A DNA stretch of 64,000 bases from Octopus sinensis (taxonomy: Eukaryota). This document shows positions 1 to 11,724 of the stretch, piece after piece; within the stretch, counting starts at the first letter, position 1, and each line of letters starts with the position of its first letter. Both the position numbers and the translations under genes were made by a program. The stretch lies in the NCBI RefSeq assembly GCF_006345805.1, contig NC_042997.1, forward strand, positions 126,604,001 through 126,668,000, given 5' to 3'. Under the pieces are notes generated by a model that was not told the origin of the DNA, did not search any database, and was given only the letters and a program-made list of their open reading frames with translations.

Positions 1-37
<37 letters not shown>

Positions 38-160
38 ATATATATATATGTATATGTTATATATATATATATAAAATTTAGATTCTGATGAATATGGTAA
101 CTAAGTTGAGGCACCAGAATTTAGTACGGTATTATGCATACAATTTCAAAATAAGGTGAT

Positions 161-423
161 TAAGATCAAAATAAGTAGCAAGGATATCCAGAGGTAATGC
201 AATACAATCGTTTCATGCAACTCCATTTCATTGAACAATGCAATCATTTCATTACGTCAATTTAAAGTGTAGAGCATTAAATTCTATGTCTTTGTGCAGC
301 TGAAGATTGCTCTAATTTTTAAATTGATGTAATGAAATGATTGCATTGTTCAATTAAATGGAGTTGCATGAAACGATTGTACTGTTTTACCTCTGGATAT
401 CCTTGTTGCTTATTTTGATTTTA
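161..423. mobile_element. Fold-back / MITE-like palindromic element
   Basis: The left arm (~161-279, atcaaaataagtagcaaggatatccagagg...caatttaaagtgtagagca) is the near reverse complement of the right arm (~309-423), with a ~30-nt spacer. Confidence 0.75.
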
Positions 424-747
424 TATATATATAATAAGAGATATATATATGTGTGTAGAAGGTTAAAAAGAAACACACAGGTTGATATATATATATATGG
501 AAAAAAAGTCAAGGTAGAAAATGCTAAAATAATTTCATAAAAAACATTTCAATACTGGTTTCAGTCATTGAGGCTTTTTCAACTGTAAGTATGGAAAACA
601 ACTAAATTTTGGAAAAATTAAATGAAAACTTTTTAAAGAGAATATTTGCATAGTGTTCAAATACAAAGGGCATTTTCCTTGTTTCTGCCTGTCTCTGTCT
701 CTCTTGTTTTCTCTTGTGGGTTCAAGGTCATTGTGAATTCTCCCACA

Positions 748-771
748 CTATTATTATTATTATTATTATTA

Positions 772-813
<42 letters not shown>
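748..813. repeat. (TTA)n microsatellite
   Basis: Seen directly. Confidence 0.95.
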
Positions 814-815
<2 letters not shown>

Positions 816-939
816 TCTGCCAAGAATTCACAATGGCCTCGAACCCACAAGAGTAAACAGATGGTGAAGTGGGCTGAATAGGAAGAGATGTAGTACAACC
901 CCACATTATATATGGATGGGTAGGGTAGTGTATAATGTG

Positions 940-1130
940 AAGGTGCATGGCTTAGTGGTTAGGATGTTGGACTCATGATCATTAGACTGTGGTTTCAATT
1001 CCTGGAATAATCCACTCAGCCAGTAAAGATGAATAATCCTGCCCTGGGCCGGCGTCCCCTTCAGGGAGGAATATACATGGAAACCAGGAAATTGGCTCTA
1101 TGCTCCTTATGGAGTGATGTGGACTAACTA
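940..1130 (+). mobile_element. Degenerate tRNA-headed SINE
   Basis: A-box-like tggcttagtggtt and B-box-like ggtttcaattcc, followed by a body similar to 22925-23168 and 57840-57945. Confidence 0.55.
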
Positions 1131-1577
1131 GAGTGGTGCACAGAAAGATAAGGTGATGATGAGGTGCCAGGATATATTCACAAGGATACATGTTCAAGAG
1201 GGGACACAGAAGAATCAGGGTGGGGGTGGGGGTAAAGGTTGCTAGAGTACAATCATTCCTGACTCAAGCTTAACGATTTGAAAGGACAGAGGTAGGAGAG
1301 GCTAGCAAGATGGTGGTGGTGAAGGGTTTGAGGGAGGGGGATATTCAATATATTCTGACCGAGTGCTTTCAAATTAATTATGGGTGTCATGGTAAGGTGA
1401 AGAGAAGAAATGATGGGAAGAAGAAGTGTGTAGAGCATCTGTGGTGGGTAAGAGAGGATGGTGAGGAGTGGTGAAGGTATATAATAGGTAATAGACAAAG
1501 GGTAGGGTAACTATTCCATATTTTGAGGACTATTTTGCCAACCTGCATCTGAAGTCAGGTCTCCTCCAGATAAATAT

Positions 1578-1760
1578 ATCATCATCATCATCATCATCAT
1601 TGTCGTCGGCGTTTAATGTCCGCTTTCCATGCTGGCATGGGTTTGATGGTTTGATTGAAGACTGGCAAGCTAGAAGGCTGTACCAGGCTCCAACCTGATC
1701 GGACAAGGTTTCTACAGTTGGATGCCCTTCCTAACACCACACCCTTCCTAACGCCATGTA
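1578..1760 (-). mobile_element. (GAT)n-tailed SINE-like element, 3' part
   Basis: (CAT)n followed by tttaatgtccgctttccatgctggcatggg...ggatgcccttcctaac, a family with more than 15 copies in the window. Confidence 0.85.
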
Positions 1761-2042
1761 TATTTGTGAGTGAGTGGGCAAACAAAAAAAGAGCACTCAA
1801 CCAATTTATTGGGAGTTACATGAATGGTTCAAAATGGTTTGATTTAAATTCGTTGGAACTCTTGAGTTTCAAGTGTAATGCAAGTTATCAGCCATTTTGA
1901 ATTTCAAAATGGCTGATGACTAGCATCACACCTGAAACTCAAGAGTACCAACAAGTTTGAATCAAACTGTTTTGAACCATACATACATGTGTGTGTGTGT
2001 GTGTATGTGTGTATGTATATATATGTGTGTGTGTGTGTGTGT

Positions 2043-2350
2043 GGAGGCGCAATGGCCCAGTGGTTAGGGCAGCGGACTCGCGGTTGTAGGATCGTGGTTT
2101 CGATTCCCAGACCGGGCGTTGTGAGTGTTTATTGAGTGAAAACACCTAAAGCTCCACGAGGCTCTGGCAGGAGGTGGTGGCGATCCCTGCTGTACTCTTT
2201 CGCCACAACTTTCTCTCACTCTTTCTTCTGTTGGCCTGCTCACTTAGCCAGCGGGGTGGCATCATTTAGAGACTAAAACAATGTGAAGCACATTGTGACC
2301 AGCGATGTGTAGCAACATCTGTTAGCCTGGTCGGTCGTGGTGATCACAGT
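2043..2350 (+). mobile_element. tRNA-derived SINE
   Basis: A box tggcccagtgg at ~2053 and B box ggtttcgattccc at ~2096; the body is shared with 57645-57830. Confidence 0.8.
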
Positions 2351-2455
2351 GATATATATATATATATGTATATATACCGGAGTAAACACATAAATGTGAA
2401 ACAAGGTGGAAAAAAGGAGTACTCAAATACCAGGGGTAGAGTAATATGCTTTAAA

Positions 2456-2523
<68 letters not shown>

Positions 2524-2534
2524 TATATATATAT

Positions 2535-2565
<31 letters not shown>

Positions 2566-2792
2566 ATATAAATAAAGATAAGATCGATATTTAAATATTG
2601 ATATTATCAAGTGGCCAGCATGGGAATAAAAGTGTTTCAAAGGTAATAATTATTCAAAATTATTATTTAGGGTATCTGAGAGATACCATCACATTGAGAA
2701 TAGCTGTCAAAACCTATTTTGAACCATACATGTAACTCCCAATAAATTGGTTGAGTGCTCTTCTTTTGTTTGACTACTCACAGGTTTTGAGA

Positions 2793-2854
<62 letters not shown>

Positions 2855-2857
2855 TCT

Positions 2858-2921
<64 letters not shown>

Positions 2922-2989
2922 GACAAAATGAGATAAATAACAAAGCCAAGGCTGTGAAGAGTTTTCAGGACATTTAAAAGGAAAAAAAT

Positions 2990-3052
2990 TTAGATATAGT
3001 CTTATAGCTGTTTCTGGGATATTATGGATATCTCTTCATTAGAGATGATGTG
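2990..3052 (-). ncRNA. Degenerate type I hammerhead-like motif (Penelope-type relic)
   Basis: Minus strand: catcatct CTAATGA a gagatat ccata atatccc a GAAAC AGCT ATA agac. The core carries two inactivating transitions. Confidence 0.5.
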
Positions 3053-4032
3053 AGATGGTTAAATAGAGGTAAATATATATATATATAAAATAGGATCAAA
3101 GAATCCTGGCAGATATCAAGTAAGCATTCAGTATAAAGGAATAAGGTTAAATTTCCAACAGGTAGATACCAGTAAATGTATGTAGAATACAAATCCCAGG
3201 TAAATCCTCATATAAGGCAGGTAAATCCAACAATCCTGATGTAGATTCAGAGTATTAACAACAGCCAATAATATGTACAAAGGAAATTGTATCTTTATTT
3301 TAGATGACACCTTTAAAATCCAACAATTGTTTCAATTGCTCTAACATATACATACATATAAATTCATATGCACATACATATATATACATAATATTAAAAT
3401 TCAAAATAATATGTACGACAACTTATGTCAACAGAACATTATCAAGGTAATCCATATTGGTGAAATTTTAACTAAACATCTGGAAAAATTGTAGCTGTTA
3501 AAAATGTTAGCAAAAAGAAACGCCAAACCAAATATCCATTCATTCATTCAACCAAGAGTGACGTCATTGAAAAACTAATTTGGTTTATAAAATAAAATAC
3601 AAAAAATACCATATTAATTCCATATTTTTTGACAATTTGAAATCTGCATAGAAAGCAAAATAAAAAAATAAAATAACCTAACATAGAAAGTGAGTATATT
3701 TCTCTATTAAAATTGATGAGTCACTGAATATCTAAAGAACAAAAACTGCAGACAAAAATTCTACGTTATGCTTAATAGATAACTAAAGAATAAAAACTGC
3801 AGATGATAATTCTACGAAATGCTTAATAGAAACTTATACACTTTATGTCGCAATATATATGACTATATATATGTATGTATATCTTAATGCAATTGAAACA
3901 ATTGTTGGATTTTCATTATAATTAAAGGAACAATAAGAAGAGTGCAACTGTTATGGAATGAACAATATTTCAACACTTCGTGTGTCTTCCACATAATCAT
4001 CGCAATCTACTTCATTTTGATAATATTTAAAG

Positions 4033-4068
<36 letters not shown>

Positions 4069-4071
<3 letters not shown>

Positions 4072-4590
4072 TAGTTTTATTTTTATAGCGCGCTTTCACT
4101 TCACTACCGAGCGCAGCTCTGTGTGCCTTGGGTATGTGCTGTGATTTGTTGTGATGCTCTGATGGTTACTGTATGGAAAGTGTTCTGCGTAGGATGTGTG
4201 CAGTGCCTAGTAGTGCAATTTTCTGTATGTTATATGTGTTTGTAAGTCCTGGTGTTTTTGTTATGTATTTGTCTGAATATTTTTTTATCATGCCTAATGC
4301 ACCTACTATGATAGGAATTGTTTCTGTTTTCAGATTCCCATTCTAGTTACCTCTATTTCCAGGTCTTTGTATTTTGAGAGTTTCTCCATTTCTTTTAGAG
4401 ACATGTTGTCATCTGCCGGTATTGATACATCAATTAGAAAGCATTTTTTTTCTTCATGATCTCTGACAACTATATCTGGTCTGTTGGCCTTAATTTCTCT
4501 ATCTGTGTGTATCGGCATATCCCAGAGTATGGTTGCTTTCTCGTTTTCTGTGACCTTTTCTGGTGTGTGCCTATACCATCTTTTTTCTGT
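4069..4590 (-). mobile_element. 5'-truncated RLE-endonuclease non-LTR retrotransposon (R4/Dong-like) with 3' UTR
   Basis: WYRHTPEKVTENEKATILWDMPIHTDREIKANRPDIVVRD...LIDVSIPADDN...KLSKYKDLEIE, then (frameshifted) KTETIPIIVGALG...LQKIALLGTAHILRRTL-like sequence; (TAA)n on both flanks. Confidence 0.9.
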
Positions 4591-4614
4591 TATTATTATT
4601 ATTATTATTATTAT

Positions 4615-5205
4615 TAGTATTATTGAGTGAGAGAGCAATGCATGCCATCAAAGTGACACTGGGATAAAATATACGAAGCCCAGTATACCCATCATGACTA
4701 CTTGTCTGATAAAGTTACACCAGGCACACTCATCACAATCATATGTGCGCGACATGGTGGTCTCATATCAAGATAAACATTGCATGACATTATTGCAGGT
4801 GGGGCCCAGTTAGAATTTTCTTCTGGTCGAGTAACCCATCCCGCTTAAATTGTTCTCGAATAAGGGTTTTAAGGATGTTGAACAAAACACCCATGTTTCC
4901 AGAGGTGAATTATCCAAACCCCAAAGAATCCCTCTCAACACATGTCTATGATGCTCCCCCACTACTTCTGCTCATGATCAGAGAAGCACATATCATCAAC
5001 CACTAAGAGACATGCTCAACTAGTTAAGGTCAAACAACTGACAAGCAAATCTGTGGTATCAAGCAGAATATTTGCTGTAGCCCATCTTTTATACCAAGAC
5101 AAATCATGTACATGATAACACTTCCAGTCAGTTAAGATCAGAATCCATGAGAGCCAGTGTCTGGTACTGCATCAGGGCATTCAGAAGCCATGAGAGCCAG
5201 TGCCT
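4615..5205 (-). mobile_element. Non-coding ~590-bp (TAA)n-tailed element between the two RLE fragments
   Basis: Complex non-coding sequence bounded by TAA runs on both sides; its identity as a repeat is inferred. Confidence 0.5.
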
Positions 5206-5214
5206 ATCATTATT

Positions 5215-5745
5215 ATTATCATTTGATGAAAACTTGTAACTTATTTTGCCGGGTATGATGGAAAGTGTCAGCTGTCCACAGTCAGCAGACTAAGGTGACA
5301 CTTGTTTACTTGTCATACCTCAAGAACCCTGCAGAGAATTCTTGCTGTTCCAAGCAATGCTGATTTTTGTAAATGTTCAACGTTCACATTTGTACCAATC
5401 TTTTTGAGCCATGTTGGTAGTTGAGTGTTGATACTTCTACATGCACCAATTACCATTGGTATCATGTCTACTCTCCTCATTGACCTTTGTATTTCCCACT
5501 TCAAATTGTCATAGTTGTTTAATTTTCCTTCTTTCTCTATGATTTTCTTGTCACCAGGACATGTCATGTCGATTATCATGCACGTTCTTTCTTCTTTATC
5601 CACCACAACAATGTCCGATGTCTGGTCAGGTGATCACACTGAATCAGTGCAACCCACAAGATTTTGCAATTTTCATTCTTGGTGACTCCTTCTGGGGTTT
5701 TTCTAAAAAAGGGCCACACCAGTACACATGGCCCCTTTTGTTAAG
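5215..5745 (-). mobile_element. Second, distinct RLE non-LTR retrotransposon 3' fragment (R4/Dong-like)
   Basis: PDIVVVDKEERTCMIIDMTCPGD...YDNLKWEI...IPMVIGA...LQKSALLGTARILCRVLEV*, followed by a 3' UTR and gataataataat. Confidence 0.88.
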
Positions 5746-6149
5746 CCAAGGAACTTTATAGGATAGAGTTGGTCTTCAGCCTATTGTTCAAAGAGATACT
5801 TGTGTTTTTATTAATGGGGTCTTAACTGTATTTCTGTAAATCTATTTACAAGCTTATGCACAAATATGCTGCTTCAGTACTTTAGTTAATTACATACGGT
5901 ACCAACAAATGCATTGTGATATGCAAATGAGAAAGTTTTTGTGCATTTTATTTTCCTAAGCAGGTGTGAGTTACTGTGTGTACAATGTCTCTGTAGATGG
6001 GATAAAGTAAATCTGGTCAGATGGATATTTTACAAAGTTGGCTTGTTTGCAGAAACAACTTTCATGTCCAGGTAATATTTATGTTTATTTTGATATATAT
6101 ATATTTTAGGCAGTTGTTTTGTCAGTTGGACTAAACACGCACACACTCA

Positions 6150-6150
6150 C

Positions 6151-6204
<54 letters not shown>

Positions 6205-6316
6205 TTATATATATAAATACATATATATATATATATATAAATACATATATATATAATATATATATACATACATATATATATTATATATATATATAATATA
6301 TATATATATATGTATG

Positions 6317-6371
<55 letters not shown>

Positions 6372-6448
6372 TATATTATATAGATATATATATATATATA
6401 TATGTATATCTATATATATCTATGTATGTATATATATATATATTATAT

Positions 6449-6498
<50 letters not shown>

Positions 6499-6500
6499 TA
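6150..6500. repeat. Long interrupted (TA)n tract
   Basis: Seen directly; similar tracts at 1-75, 2455-2570, 25260-25500, 36525-36660, 37325-37430, 40780-40865, 58610-59110 and 59970-60060. Confidence 0.95.
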
Positions 6501-6839
6501 TATAGCTTGAAAATATGAAAATATTAGTTTTATGGAGCACTTTCATAGCTGCCTGCTTCAGAAGTCATTTTCTTAATGTATTTTGATGAATAACTATATT
6601 TACAACTGCAAATAATGCTTTTCCAGTGTTTGGCGATGGACTCTGGTGGGTTAACAACCAAAGAATGTGAACGAGTCAAATATTGTATTGAGAAAGGGGT
6701 CCTTCAGGACTTGGCTAATGGTGATAACATTCCAACGTTAGACAGAGTGATGTGGTGATTGGAGTGACATGTTGGCTGTATCAGTATGAATGCAATATGT
6801 AAATCCTGCTCTAGAAATGGTATAAATAATAATGCTGCT

Positions 6840-6870
<31 letters not shown>

Positions 6871-7219
6871 ATCATTGTCATCATATGTACAGGTGGTCCC
6901 CTGTACTCCGAGAAGGATGGTTCTGCAATTCCTTACTGAACAAGCTGCACAGATGTTTTGTTTAAAGTGATCAAATGTTTGTGTTGTACATTGGCCCACT
7001 CTTCCACCCCATTAAATCAGCCTCACCTGGACAGGTGTATGGTGTGCCCACAGGTCAGGTGTTGAAGTGATTGCAAAGCGATGTGAGATAGAAGTGTTTT
7101 GCTCAAGAACACAACACACAACCAGGTTCATGAGTTGAAACCAAGATCTTGTGATTGTGTGTGCAACACCTTAACCACTTGGCCACGAACCCTCTCAGAA
7201 ATGATAATAAAGAAAAAGC

Positions 7220-7454
7220 ATGTGGGATGATATGTATATCTATCTGTTTGTCTGTCTGTTTGCCCATCTGTCTATTTGTCTGTCCGTCTGTCCATCTGTC
7301 CATCTGTCCATCTGTCTATCTGTCCATCTGTCCGTCTGTCTATCAGTTGATCACTTAGTCACTCAGTCGCTCGGTCACTCAGTTGCTTGGTCAGTCTGTC
7401 TGTCCCTCGGTCAGTCGGTTGGTCGGTCGGTTAGTTGGTTGTTCGGTCTGTCTG

Positions 7455-7512
<58 letters not shown>
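7220..7512. repeat. Compound tetranucleotide microsatellite (TGTC/CATC/GGTC/TATC)
   Basis: Seen directly. Confidence 0.9.
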
Positions 7513-7515
<3 letters not shown>

Positions 7516-8152
7516 ACAGATTACTTTTTTCTGTATTTTTGCAAGAAGAGAGGTGACAGGGACTTTGAAGTTTTGTCTGGTTAGTCTTTGACACTGTGAC
7601 AAAAGCAAGCAGGCTGAAACTTTAAAGTCAATGCATGGGCGACTGATGGTTATCCATAAACAACCTTGCCCAGACTTGTGCCTCAGAGGGTAACTTTCTA
7701 GGTGCAATCCCATGGTCATTTGTGACAAAAGAGGGTGGTCTCATATATATATATATATATGTTTGTGTGTCTGTGTTTGTCCTCCCACCATCACTTGACA
7801 ACCAATGTTGGTGTGTTTACGTTCCCTGAAATTTAGCAGTTCAGCAAAAGAGTCCGATAGAATAAGTACTAGGCTTGCAACGAATAAGTCCTGGGGCCGA
7901 TTTATTCGACTAAAGGTGGTGCTCCAGCATGGGCACAGTCAAATGACTGAAACAAATAAAAGAATTAAAAAAAAATACTATACGTATGCAAGTGTATGTG
8001 TGTGCGTATATCTTCATCATATTTTAATGTCCGTCTTCCATGCTCGCATAGACTGGACAATTTGTCAGAGTCCAGAGGGTCTAAGGATTGTGTTATGCAT
8101 CGCCTCTGCTTTGGCAAAGTTTCTAGAGTTTCATGCTCTTTCCAATGCTACC

Positions 8153-8185
<33 letters not shown>

Positions 8186-8417
8186 TGTATGTATGTATGT
8201 ATGTATGTATGTATGTATGTATGAATGAATGTATGCATGCATGCATGCATGCATGTATATGTGTGTATGTGTGTATGCATTTTTATACTCACACATTTAT
8301 ATTTAAACTGTAACTTCACAGATTTACTTAATTTATATGTATGTATGTATGTATGCATATACACGTGCCCATTTATGTTGCATGTTGCTCTCTTTCTCTA
8401 TCTCTCTTTCTGCATAC

Positions 8418-8451
<34 letters not shown>

Positions 8452-8500
8452 TGGTGAATTGAAGAAATGGAGCTGAACGAAGATTGAACAGAAATCGTTT

Positions 8501-8593
8501 TATTTCATTCTACACGTGTTTCGAAAGGCACAATTTACCAAAATCCGATTGAATAATGAGACCATATTGTGTCTTTCTCTTCAGGAAGAAATA
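8501..8593 (-). ncRNA. Mirror copy of the hammerhead on the minus strand
   Basis: Exact reverse complement of 8758-8850 within the palindrome. Confidence 0.85.
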
Positions 8594-8676
8594 GGAAATC
8601 CGTTGGAAAAAACAAAAACAGAACAGAGGCGGAGCAAAACAAATCGAACTAGGCTCCTAAGAGCCCATGCCAAAAC

Positions 8677-9056
8677 TTTGGCATGGGCTCTTAGGAGCCT
8701 AGTTCGATTTGTTTTGCTCCGCCTCTGTTCTGTTTTTGTTTTTTCCAACGGATTTCCTATTTCTTCCTGAAGAGAAAGACACAATATGGTCTCATTATTC
8801 AATCGGATTTTGGTAAATTGTGCCTTTCGAAACACGTGTAGAATGAAATAAAACGATTTCTGTTCAATCTTCGTTCAGCTCCATTTCTTCAATTCACCAA
8901 TAATATCTTAATTTCAATTATCCGCACCAATGCACGGTTGCAACACCATATGGTTGTACCTCCAACCGTGCTGTTTTCTGCTGTGATTTTTGCTACCAAG
9001 GTATCGGTTAAACTTTTGATTAATCTGCTACAAGATTATTCATCTTTCTATTTCAC

Positions 9057-9058
<2 letters not shown>
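8677..9058 (+). mobile_element. Penelope-like pseudo-LTR relic; the palindrome's left arm is its inverted partial copy
   Basis: Contains a type I hammerhead with a palindromic stem III loop, as is typical of Penelope-like elements; both outer ends abut (TA)n. No RT or GIY-YIG ORF is present. Confidence 0.65.
8758..8850 (+). ncRNA. Type I hammerhead ribozyme motif with intact core
   Basis: Stem I tatttc-ttc / gaa-t-gaaata; CTGAAGA at 8767-8773; stem II gaaagacacaat / attgtgcctttc; GAAAC at 8829-8833; loop ACGT; GTA triplet at 8838-8840. Confidence 0.85.
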
Positions 9059-9064
<6 letters not shown>

Positions 9065-9093
<29 letters not shown>

Positions 9094-9570
9094 ATGTGTG
9101 TGTGTGTGTGTGTGTGATCATGTGTGTGTGTATGTGTGTATGTGTATATACACATATATATATGCATACATACATACTTCCATACATGCATACATATATA
9201 TACACATACGTATATACTTACATACACATGCATACACATGAACAAATACATAATGTATATAATATAGCATAGTAAGAATCATATAGTCATGATGACATAT
9301 GTATATGCGAGTGTGTATATATATATATATTATATATATATATATATATGTGTATGTGTGTGTGTGGTGTGTGTGATCATGTGTGTGTGTATGTGTGTAT
9401 GTGTATATACACATATATATATGCATACATACATACTTCCATACATGCATACATATATATACACATACGTATATACTTACATACACATGCATACACATGA
9501 ACAAATACATAATGTATATAATATAAGCATAGTAAGAATCATATAGTCATGATGACATATGTATATGCGA

Positions 9571-9600
<30 letters not shown>
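9065..9600. repeat. Tandem duplication of a ~260-bp microsatellite-rich unit
   Basis: gatcatgtg occurs at ~9116 and ~9376; agcatagtaagaatcatatagtcatgatgacatatgtatatgcgag occurs twice. Confidence 0.9.
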
Positions 9601-9617
<17 letters not shown>

Positions 9618-9906
9618 CATGTATGTATGGTTATATATATATATGTACGTATGTATGCATGCATACGTATTTCTTTAGTATTTAGTAGCAAGTTAAATAA
9701 TGCTATTTTAGTGGGATATTATGACAATGTGTAGCTATTTATATAACTCTGTGTTAAAACAACTGCTAGTAATAATTGATCTCTTCCTGGCCTTACATTT
9801 TAAAAATACATTTTCATTGCAGTTAACCAGAAGCTATTTCATATAACATATTTCATATTATTTTGCTCTTAGATGTCTCCATTTATCTTAGCGCTGCCAT
9901 TAAGTA

Positions 9907-9913
9907 TTAACAA

Positions 9914-9970
<57 letters not shown>

Positions 9971-9990
9971 AACAGCAATAGCAACAACTA
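9907..9990. repeat. (CAA)n microsatellite
   Basis: Seen directly. Confidence 0.95.
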
Positions 9991-11370
9991 CAACACATGC
10001 TTTCAAAACCAACATAGCAAAACAAAAGCAGTATATTCTGCTATAGATGAAGGTTTTGGTTGTTTGAAGTCGAGGCGGTATAAGCTGTGTTTTTCATTTC
10101 AAATAGGTTGAATTACTTCTGTAAGATATAATGGCTTTTGTCTCACTGCTATCTGTGTGTTTTATTAGCAATAGGAAACTTTAATGTTCTGTTGTTGCCT
10201 GTTAGAAACAGTTTTCTTAATGGAGCAGAAAAACAATGAAGAAATTGGACTTAGGTGATGCCTACAGTTGTGTTGTCTTTCTGCAGTTTTCCAATGATTC
10301 CTAGTGCCACTAATATTATCAAAATATAACACAGCAATTAATATTGCAGATAAGACTTTATGCTTTATGTTTTTGTTGTTGTTTCATCCATATAACGGAA
10401 TGTCTGTGATAGTTCCAGATATAAATTAAATTTGAGAAGAATGCTGACAGGGAATCAGAAGACTTGATGTGAGCTATCAGGAGTTCAATACAATGGTAAT
10501 ATTACTGTTTAGCCCCTGGGTCATCCCTAGATGAACAAACCTAGGTTCAAAGGCAGTTTAGCTCTGATCATCTTGTCTTTTCAGACATAGTTTTTCACAG
10601 AATACATTGTTAATTATGTACTTCCTTTTTATAAGATGGTATGTTGCTGATTTGAAGGAAATTTGGTTGCTGTTTCTAGCAATGGGTACTTAAAAATTTA
10701 AATGGCTTTCTAGACAGATGATGAGAAGCAACTCAATCAGTTATTTCTGTCCCTGAGGTTGTCATCATCATTATTTAATGCTCCCTTTTCTATGCTTGCA
10801 AGGGTCAAATGGAGTTTGTTGAGACAAATTTGTCTGTGGCCAGATGCCTTTCCTGTGATCAAGCCTTAAGTGTTTCAAACCATGGCTAGTCATGATTTTC
10901 ATGGAAAACTAGAAAAGAACAACCTCACTTATATGATGTGGATGTTCATTCACAACCATTACATGATGTCTAGACACAGGTGTACACACACACAAACACA
11001 TACACACACACACGTGTATCCATATATACATGCTCCCTCTCTCCATATATATATATATATTACAGAGATGTACTTGCATAGCAAGTGACCTGATCTGAGA
11101 TCATGTGTTGCAAAAAAAAACAATTGCAGTGTGGAAGGACTTTATGAGTGATTTAAGAAACACACAAAAACCATTAAATTCACTTCAACATTTAGATTTA
11201 ATTTGCCAAAATATTTTCGTCACTTTGAGACTGCAACCTGTTCCCTTTTGTCAGAGAACAGGTCGTGGTCTCAAAGCGTGAAAAATATTTTGGTAAATTA
11301 AATTCAAATGTTGAAGTGAATTTAATGGTTTTTGTGTGTTTCTTAAATGGCTTATAAACACCTTCCATGA

Positions 11371-11411
<41 letters not shown>

Positions 11412-11685
11412 GGGATTAAATGCTAACTTTAATCTAATTCATTAGTGTGCTGAGCTATACCTTGTAATATATATATTCAATAATTAGGGAATGGAGTAGA
11501 TAAAATCCAGTCTACATATGTTTCATGATTAGCAGACCCTCAGAAGTAGTAATTATTCAAAAGGAGGGGTAGACTGCAAGCTGTTCTTCAGGGTAAGGAT
11601 ACCTTGATTACATAAAGCTTACATTGAGGTTAGGAGATCCTGTGTTAATCTGTAGGGGAATTCATCAAAATGCCATATATATATA

Positions 11686-11722
<37 letters not shown>

Positions 11723-11724
<2 letters not shown>

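Larger units (their letters stand above)
8449..8902. repeat. Perfect 454-bp palindrome (226-bp arms, 2-nt loop at 8675-8676)
   Basis: Base-by-base check: 8449-8674 is the exact reverse complement of 8677-8902. Confidence 0.98.

Noticed and set aside
2043-2115. tRNA-like sequences (also the heads at 32040, 51590 and 56575)
   Set aside because: A and B boxes are present, but no acceptor stem completes a cloverleaf and each continues into a repeated body; these are SINE heads.
5964-6071. Possible exon CELLCVQCLCRWDKVNLVRWIFYKVGLFAETTFMS with cag|...|gtaat
   Set aside because: Open with plausible splice sites, but no convincing match to Munc13-4/BAIAP3; needs transcript evidence.
6627-6755. Possible exon CLAMDSGGLTTKECERVKYCIEKGVLQDL after a good acceptor
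   Set aside because: No strong donor before the stop, and only a vague helical resemblance to the family.
8516-8835. Two near-identical 84-aa ORFs on opposite strands (MFRKAQFTK...)
   Set aside because: A geometric consequence of the palindrome; TTG start and no recognisable domain.
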